NCBI RefSeq assembly: GCF_027533505.1
Contig: NZ_JAPZUB010000056.1
Location: forward strand, 77 to 64,076
Reading direction: 5' to 3'
Length of the DNA stretch: 64,000 nt
Source: Flavobacterium sp.
GTDB lineage: Bacteria; Bacteroidota; Bacteroidia; Flavobacteriales; Flavobacteriaceae
A program made the translations under genes and the position numbers. Under the pieces are notes generated by a model that was not told the DNA's origin, did not search any database, and worked only from the letters and a program-made list of their open reading frames with translations. Positions 58,532-64,000 of this stretch are shown here, piece after piece (position 1 is the first letter of the stretch; each line of letters begins with the position of its first letter).

Positions 58532-61422
58532 TGCTTCATTATATCATACAAGAAAAGAAAAACAAATGGTTGCAGTCTGACGACTGCACCATTAGTGATT
58601 TGATAAAGTATATCCGTGACAAAGGACAGTTACGTGATACGCAAATTGAAGCAATTGAGACTTATTTGTTTTTGAAAATACAAGGACAGAATAAACCACT
58701 TTGGCAATTATTTTCAGAAGGCTTTTTCACTAACGGCACAGACTTATCAAAACTTAATATTAATCAAACGGCAAGAGATTTTTTAACCGCCAACAAAGAC
58801 GCTTTTGCATTGTATGACTTTGCAAGAACAAAAAACGGAAACGGTTCTTTACTCCCCGAACTCGAAAAACTAATTGTTGACAAACCAACTGAATTAGATT
58901 ACGACACTATTATAAAAAGCATTTTCTACAATGTAAGCTATGCCGACTACTTAATGAGTTTGCCGATGGGTGCAGGTAAAACATTTCTAATGGCTGCTTT
59001 CATTTATTTGGACTTGTATTTTGCCGACAACGAACCAGAGAATAAAGCATTTGCACATAATTTTTTGGTGCTTATTCCTTCGGGCTTAAAATCTTCTATC
59101 GTTCCGAGTTTAAAGACAATTGAAAATTACGACCCTTCTTGGGTGTTGCCCGAACCATCGGCAAGCAAACTAAAAAAACTATTGAAGTTTGATGTTTTGG
59201 ACGAGCAGAAATCAGCGAAGAAAAGTAACAAGGCAAGAAACCCCAATGCTCAAAAAGTAAATGCTTGCTTACCTAATCCATTCGGACAAGTGTTTGTTGT
59301 AAATGCAGAGAAAGTGATTTTGGAAAGTTTCAAATTCAATGCTCAAACAGAATTGGAACTGGAGGAAGAAGAAAAAGATACAAGCAACGATTTAAAAAGA
59401 TTGTTCGGACAAATTCCGAACTTGACAATCCTTATAGATGAAGTTCACCACGCTGCAACCGATGATATTAAATTACGGCAAGCCGTAAATTATTGGCACA
59501 GCAAAGGGAACATCACAACCGTTTTAGGTTTCTCGGGAACGCCATATTTGCAGGGTGCTGAAACTATCAAAGCAGGTGATTACGCTTTTAAGTTTTCTCA
59601 AATAACCAACACGGTATATTATTATCCATTGGTTACAGCAATTAAGAAATTTCTGAAAACACCAACAGTAAAAATCGGACAAAACCTTGACCGTTTTCAA
59701 ATCATTAAAAAAGGAATTGAGGACTTTGATACACTATACAAGAAAACTGTTTATGAAAATGGTGCTATTGCTAAAATAGCTATCTATTGCAGTAACATTG
59801 AGGTTTTAGAAGAAGAAGTTTATCCGTTCCTGACAAGTGAATTGAAAATAAATCCTGCCGAGATTTTAAAATTTCATGGAGGAAATAAAAAATACACTTT
59901 GCCAAAAGAGAATGAATTAGAATTCCGTTCATTGGATTTGGCTATTTCAAAAAAGCGTTACATTCTTTTAGTTCAAGTGGGAAAAGAAGGTTGGGACTGT
60001 CCAAGTTTAACAGGTGTAATCCTTTCGCAAAAAGGCGACAGCCCACAAAATATGGTGCTGCAAACATCTTGCAGATGTTTACGCCAAGTGGACAAAGGAA
60101 AAGAAGAAACTGCTTTGATTTGGTTGAATAAAGATAATGCCGATACATTGAACAAACAGTTAAAGCAAGAACAAAACAGCAGCATTGACGAACTGAACAG
60201 CACCAAACGAATTGGGAAAGCCGAAATGGTTGAACGCCACAGCCGTATGGAATACTTGCAGTTGCCGAAAGTGGAATTTTATCAAATGAAAGTTACTTAT
60301 CAAAGCATTGATGAGGAAGAAACAGCAAACACAAAAGCCAAGTTAAAAGCTATCATTAAAAAGATGGAAGATTACAAGGCTTCTGCCTTAATCAGCACCA
60401 GTGAAATTTCAAACATTGATACTGGAACTATTGACATTATTAACGAAACAGGAATTGCATTTGCCAATTACAACCAATGGCTTTTTGAAATGAGCCGCCA
60501 AAGTTTTGGGTTGATTTCGGAAACACAATTGCATCAATACGATACAGAATTAAACGAAATATTTGAAACCGTTTCTTTTGAAAAAGACGGAAACCGCTTT
60601 TTCAATGAACTGTATGATTTGCATTTGATACAATCAAAAATTCGTGTTGCGTTTAGCATCAAAAGAGATTTACAAACCGACACAGAAGTAATTCCAAAAC
60701 AAGCGGAATTATTGATTGCCGAACGCTTGACCAATGTAGAGAAAAATCCAAAACTCTATCCGAACGAAGCTGATACAAACAAAATTCTTGAATTAGATAA
60801 AAGCAATGCCGATGTTGAATTTGACTGGGCAGAAGTTGAAAAGGCTTATCTGGTAATGAAGGAGACAATGATAAGTCAAGGAATGGAAAAGTGGGTTCCT
60901 GAATATGAAACTTTCAAATCCGATAAAGATTATTCTCTACCAACAAAATCTAAAAATAATTCCTTTCATTATTTACCCTACAATTTTGGAGCTAGCGGAA
61001 GCAGTGGTTTTGAAATACAAGCACTTCAAGAAACCTTAAGATTAGCTGATTTCAAAACTAAAGAGTTGGAAATATACTACAATGGCGAACGTGGCTTAAC
61101 CGAATTTGTCATTAACTGCTTTGCCAAAGAAGGAAAGTATTGGAAAAACATTGGGAAATACACTACTGACTTTTTAATTGTGAAACGAACCGCTAAAGAT
61201 AAAATTCATAAAGCCCTACTTATTGAAACCAAAGGTGCTTTGTATGCAGAAGACAAGGTTTTTCAGAAAAAGAAAAACTATGTAGAAACAGAGTTTTTAA
61301 AACTCAACCAAGATAAATTCGGCTATCAACGTTTCGACTTCCTGTATTTGGAAGACAGCAAAAACATTGCAGCCAACATCACAGAATTGAACAATAAGTT
61401 AAACCAGTTCTTCAATGATTAA
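58531..61422 (+). CDS. Type III restriction (Res)-like SF2 helicase-nuclease
   Basis: Motifs SLPMGAGKT, DEVHH, FSGTP, VGKEGWDCP and QTSCRCLR; C-terminal PD-(D/E)xK-like TTDFLIV...LIETKG. Confidence 0.82.
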   Translation: MLHYIIQEKKNKWLQSDDCTISDLIKYIRDKGQLRDTQIEAIETYLFLKIQGQNKPLWQLFSEGFFTNGTDLSKLNINQTARDFLTANKDAFALYDFARTKNGNGSLLPELEKLIVDKPTELDYDTIIKSIFYNVSYADYLMSLPMGAGKTFLMAAFIYLDLYFADNEPENKAFAHNFLVLIPSGLKSSIVPSLKTIENYDPSWVLPEPSASKLKKLLKFDVLDEQKSAKKSNKARNPNAQKVNACLPNPFGQVFVVNAEKVILESFKFNAQTELELEEEEKDTSNDLKRLFGQIPNLTILIDEVHHAATDDIKLRQAVNYWHSKGNITTVLGFSGTPYLQGAETIKAGDYAFKFSQITNTVYYYPLVTAIKKFLKTPTVKIGQNLDRFQIIKKGIEDFDTLYKKTVYENGAIAKIAIYCSNIEVLEEEVYPFLTSELKINPAEILKFHGGNKKYTLPKENELEFRSLDLAISKKRYILLVQVGKEGWDCPSLTGVILSQKGDSPQNMVLQTSCRCLRQVDKGKEETALIWLNKDNADTLNKQLKQEQNSSIDELNSTKRIGKAEMVERHSRMEYLQLPKVEFYQMKVTYQSIDEEETANTKAKLKAIIKKMEDYKASALISTSEISNIDTGTIDIINETGIAFANYNQWLFEMSRQSFGLISETQLHQYDTELNEIFETVSFEKDGNRFFNELYDLHLIQSKIRVAFSIKRDLQTDTEVIPKQAELLIAERLTNVEKNPKLYPNEADTNKILELDKSNADVEFDWAEVEKAYLVMKETMISQGMEKWVPEYETFKSDKDYSLPTKSKNNSFHYLPYNFGASGSSGFEIQALQETLRLADFKTKELEIYYNGERGLTEFVINCFAKEGKYWKNIGKYTTDFLIVKRTAKDKIHKALLIETKGALYAEDKVFQKKKNYVETEFLKLNQDKFGYQRFDFLYLEDSKNIAANITELNNKLNQFFND

Positions 61423-61447
61423 TGGTTAATTGTAAATTGTTAATGAA
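61419..61447. repeat. Left heptamer array (TTAATTG-like x4) of the four-helix element
   Basis: TTAATGG TTAATTG TAAATTG TTAATGA fills the gap from the res stop to ATG 61448. Confidence 0.8.
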
Positions 61448-61807
61448 ATGACAGAGAATATTATAAAAAATAAAAGTTTTGCATTTGCAATTAGAGTTGT
61501 AAAACTATATCAGTTTTTATGTGAAACAAAAAAGGAGTTTGTTCTTTCAAAGCAATTGTTGAGAAGCGGAACTGCTGTTGGTGCATTAGTTCGAGAAGCT
61601 GAACACGCTGAAAGCAAAGCAGATTTTAAACACAAAATGTCAATTGCTCAAAAAGAAATAAATGAAAGTATCTATTGGCTCGAATTGCTAAAAGAAACGG
61701 ACTATTTAACCAATGAACAATTTCAAAGCATCAATGCAGATGCAGTAGAAATAATCAAACTACTTACATCAATAATCAAATCGACCAAAGCAAACATTAA
61801 CAACTAA
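61448..61807 (+). CDS. Four helix bundle protein (23S rRNA-IVS-protein / bAvd-like family)
   Basis: 119 aa with KSFAFAIRVVKLY, LSKQLLRSGTAVGALVREA, AESKADFKHK.SIA.KE..ES.YWLELL. Confidence 0.92.
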   Translation: MTENIIKNKSFAFAIRVVKLYQFLCETKKEFVLSKQLLRSGTAVGALVREAEHAESKADFKHKMSIAQKEINESIYWLELLKETDYLTNEQFQSINADAVEIIKLLTSIIKSTKANINN

Positions 61808-61828
61808 CAATTGATAATTAACAATTAG
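61794..61828. repeat. Right heptamer array (CAATTAA-like x5), inverted relative to the left array
   Basis: ACATTAA CAACTAA CAATTGA TAATTAA CAATTAG, ending 5 nt before the mod ATG. Confidence 0.8.
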
Positions 61829-61833
61829 AAAAA

Positions 61834-63702
61834 ATGCCAATAAAATACATTCCATATTACCCTAACACGGTTGAAGGACAAGCAGTTTTGAATAATATAA
61901 CACGCAATCAAAGAGTATTGCGATACCGTGAAAATGATAAGGTTTTTGACCGCATAAAAAGAGGTATGCCCTTTTATGAAGTAGAACCTATTGAAACAGT
62001 AGGAGCACCTTCTAAAAATTTGGTTATACGTGGCGAATGTATATCGGCTTGTGCATATTTGAAGGAACAAGGAATTAAGGTTGATTTGGTTTGCATTGAC
62101 CCACCATTTGCAAGTGGTATTGATTATTCAAAAAAAGTTTTTATCCGTAGAAATCCAAATATTGCCAAAAAAATTGAAGAGGCTGAACAACAAATGGATA
62201 TTGAGGAATTAAGAGCATTTGAAGAAAAAATGTATGGAGACATTTGGTCAAAAGAAGATTATCTCAATTGGATGTATGAAAATCTTTTAGCTATTAAATC
62301 AGTTATGGATGAAAAGGCCAGTATTTATGTTCACCTAGATTGGCATATTGGCCATTATGTAAAAATACTTATGGATGAAGTCTTTGGAGAGGACTTGTTT
62401 AGAAATGAGATTATATGGTATTATGCTGATTATATACAAGGTAATGCCACCACAGGTTTTGCTAAAAAGCACGATGTGATATATTTCTATACAAAATCGG
62501 ACAATTATACCTTTCAAAGGGTAACCGAAAAACTTGACAAGCCAGTTGAAAGAAATAAAGTAGTATGGGACAAAGAAACCCAGACACTAAAAGTTGCGAG
62601 AGATGAAAATGGTAAAATAATCTATGAAACATTTACAGAAAAATTCCTTGATAGTGTTTGGGCAATTGGTCAAACTTCAGTGACAAGAAAAACTAGTAGT
62701 GAAAATGTCGGTTATTCAACACAAAAGCCCAAAGCACTGTTAGAAAGGTTCATTAAGGCAAGTAGTAATGAAGGAATGATAATCGCTGATTTCTTTGGCG
62801 GTAGTGGAGTAACAGCAAAAGTAGCAAACGACTTAGGCAGAAAATTTATTCATTGTGATATTGGAATAAACAGTATTCAGACAGTTAGAGATAGATTAGT
62901 TGAAGCCAAAGCCAACTTTCAAATATTGGAAATAAAAGACGGTGTTAGCTTATTCCGCAACCCACAGCAAACAATGGATAAGTTGGCAACACTTATTCCA
63001 GGATTACAAAAAGGAGTAAAAGGAATTAGCAATTTTTGGTTTGGTGCAATCACAAAAAGTAAAGAAGGCATTGTGCCGGTTTACGTTCCCAATTTGCTTA
63101 ATACACAAGAAAAGGTTTTGGACATTCCCACCATAAACACCATAATCAATCAGGAACTATCAAACTTAGAAGTCAATGCCAAAAAAGTAATTGTGTATTA
63201 CATAGACATTGACGACCAAAAGGCATTGGAGAAATTTATAAAAGACAACAACGCCACAGAAATAGAGGTTGAATTAAAAGACCTTAAAAATCTATTGCAC
63301 GATGTAGTAATTGAGGACATTATAGATTTTAAAACTACTAAAACAAAAGACGGTTACGAAACAGAAATAAACAAATTCATTAGCGACCGTCTAATTCAGA
63401 AAATCGGTGAATTTAACCAAAAAGGAAATTTACAATCTGTTGCCAAAGGCAAGAAATTCAATCCCATCAACATCAGTGAAGAAGGATTAGAACTCATTGA
63501 GCTTATTGCCCTTGACTGCGAAAACACAGAAGGACAATGGCACAGCACCACAGAAATTAAAATTGACAAACTCGGTTATGTAATTACCAACGGAGTAAAA
63601 TCAAAAAACTTTTGGAACGGCAAAATTACCAGCGACAAAAATCCATTGAGAATAAAAGTGAGAAACATAAGCGGAGACGAAACAATAAAAACAGTAGAAT
63701 AA
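61834..63702 (+). CDS. Type III Mod-like N6A/N4C DNA methyltransferase
   Basis: Catalytic DPPF, YVHLDWHIGHY, YSTQKP..LLERFI and SAM-binding DFFGGSGVT. Confidence 0.9.
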   Translation: MPIKYIPYYPNTVEGQAVLNNITRNQRVLRYRENDKVFDRIKRGMPFYEVEPIETVGAPSKNLVIRGECISACAYLKEQGIKVDLVCIDPPFASGIDYSKKVFIRRNPNIAKKIEEAEQQMDIEELRAFEEKMYGDIWSKEDYLNWMYENLLAIKSVMDEKASIYVHLDWHIGHYVKILMDEVFGEDLFRNEIIWYYADYIQGNATTGFAKKHDVIYFYTKSDNYTFQRVTEKLDKPVERNKVVWDKETQTLKVARDENGKIIYETFTEKFLDSVWAIGQTSVTRKTSSENVGYSTQKPKALLERFIKASSNEGMIIADFFGGSGVTAKVANDLGRKFIHCDIGINSIQTVRDRLVEAKANFQILEIKDGVSLFRNPQQTMDKLATLIPGLQKGVKGISNFWFGAITKSKEGIVPVYVPNLLNTQEKVLDIPTINTIINQELSNLEVNAKKVIVYYIDIDDQKALEKFIKDNNATEIEVELKDLKNLLHDVVIEDIIDFKTTKTKDGYETEINKFISDRLIQKIGEFNQKGNLQSVAKGKKFNPINISEEGLELIELIALDCENTEGQWHSTTEIKIDKLGYVITNGVKSKNFWNGKITSDKNPLRIKVRNISGDETIKTVE

Positions 63703-63980
63703 TGCCAGTATATTTAGTAGTTACAGACGACACATTTTCATTAGATAAAATTAAGCACAAATTCCCTGCTGACTTTGTGGAAGTTTTTAACAATACATTT
63801 CTTTTAAGTTATTAGCTTTCAGACTGGCAACTTAATGACGAAATTGCTGAATTAATTTATGAAGAATATCCAAATTTTGAAATTGTAATTACAGAAGTTA
63901 ATAAAGCAGATTTGTTTCATTTTAAGGAAGCGGACAAGTATGTAAAATATCTTTTTGACAGAGAACAAACTAAAAACTAA
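63702..63980 (+). pseudogene. 92-codon ORF interrupted by an in-frame TAG at 63813-63815
   Basis: ATG 63702 is coupled to the mod stop. The same frame stays open after the TAG (LSDWQLNDEIAELIYEEYP...EQTKN) until TAA at 63978-63980. Confidence 0.6.
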
Positions 63981-64000
63981 AATGCCAACCCTTCGCAGTC

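Noticed and set aside
61448-61807. Diversity-generating retroelement (Avd) or 23S rRNA intervening sequence
   Set aside because: There is no reverse transcriptase, TR/VR pair or rRNA gene in the window.
1-64000. Numerous 60-170 aa antisense or overlapping ORFs in the track; tRNA and rRNA genes
   Set aside because: The ORFs shadow well-supported genes. I saw no tRNA T-loop or cloverleaf and no rRNA signature by eye; tRNAscan-SE was not run.

Overview
A Flavobacterium-like (Bacteroidota) chromosomal window, judged from gldF/gldG, a type IX secretion operon and repeated TAnnTTTG promoter boxes. Bases 1-55300 are mostly core genes: purC, phoH, gldFG-dnaN, rsmD, rnpB, dnaX, ppx-ppk1-sixA, pdxH, rnz, pyrRB, an ECF sigma/anti-sigma pair, ccsBA, kdsC, maf, two photolyase-family genes, tcdA and tatD. 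They also include a T9SS type-B adhesin operon (adhesin, SprF/PorP, OmpA/PorE-like). dnaX is split at an A10 / A_AAA_AAG site, with the -1 frame open into the tau C-terminus. The last 9.5 kb is accessory. It has a roughly 930-bp non-coding stretch built from heptamer and 11-mer repeats, then a tyrosine recombinase with a long repeated N-terminal extension. A consensus promoter overlaps the recombinase 3' end and points at a GTT-starting candidate crossover site. A co-oriented cargo follows: Xre HTH, type III-like Res, a four-helix-bundle gene bracketed by inverted heptamer arrays, Mod, and an ORF interrupted by TAG. The best candidates for an under-described system are this integron-like platform and the heptamer-bracketed four-helix element. 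All family assignments come from motif recognition by eye; no database search was run.
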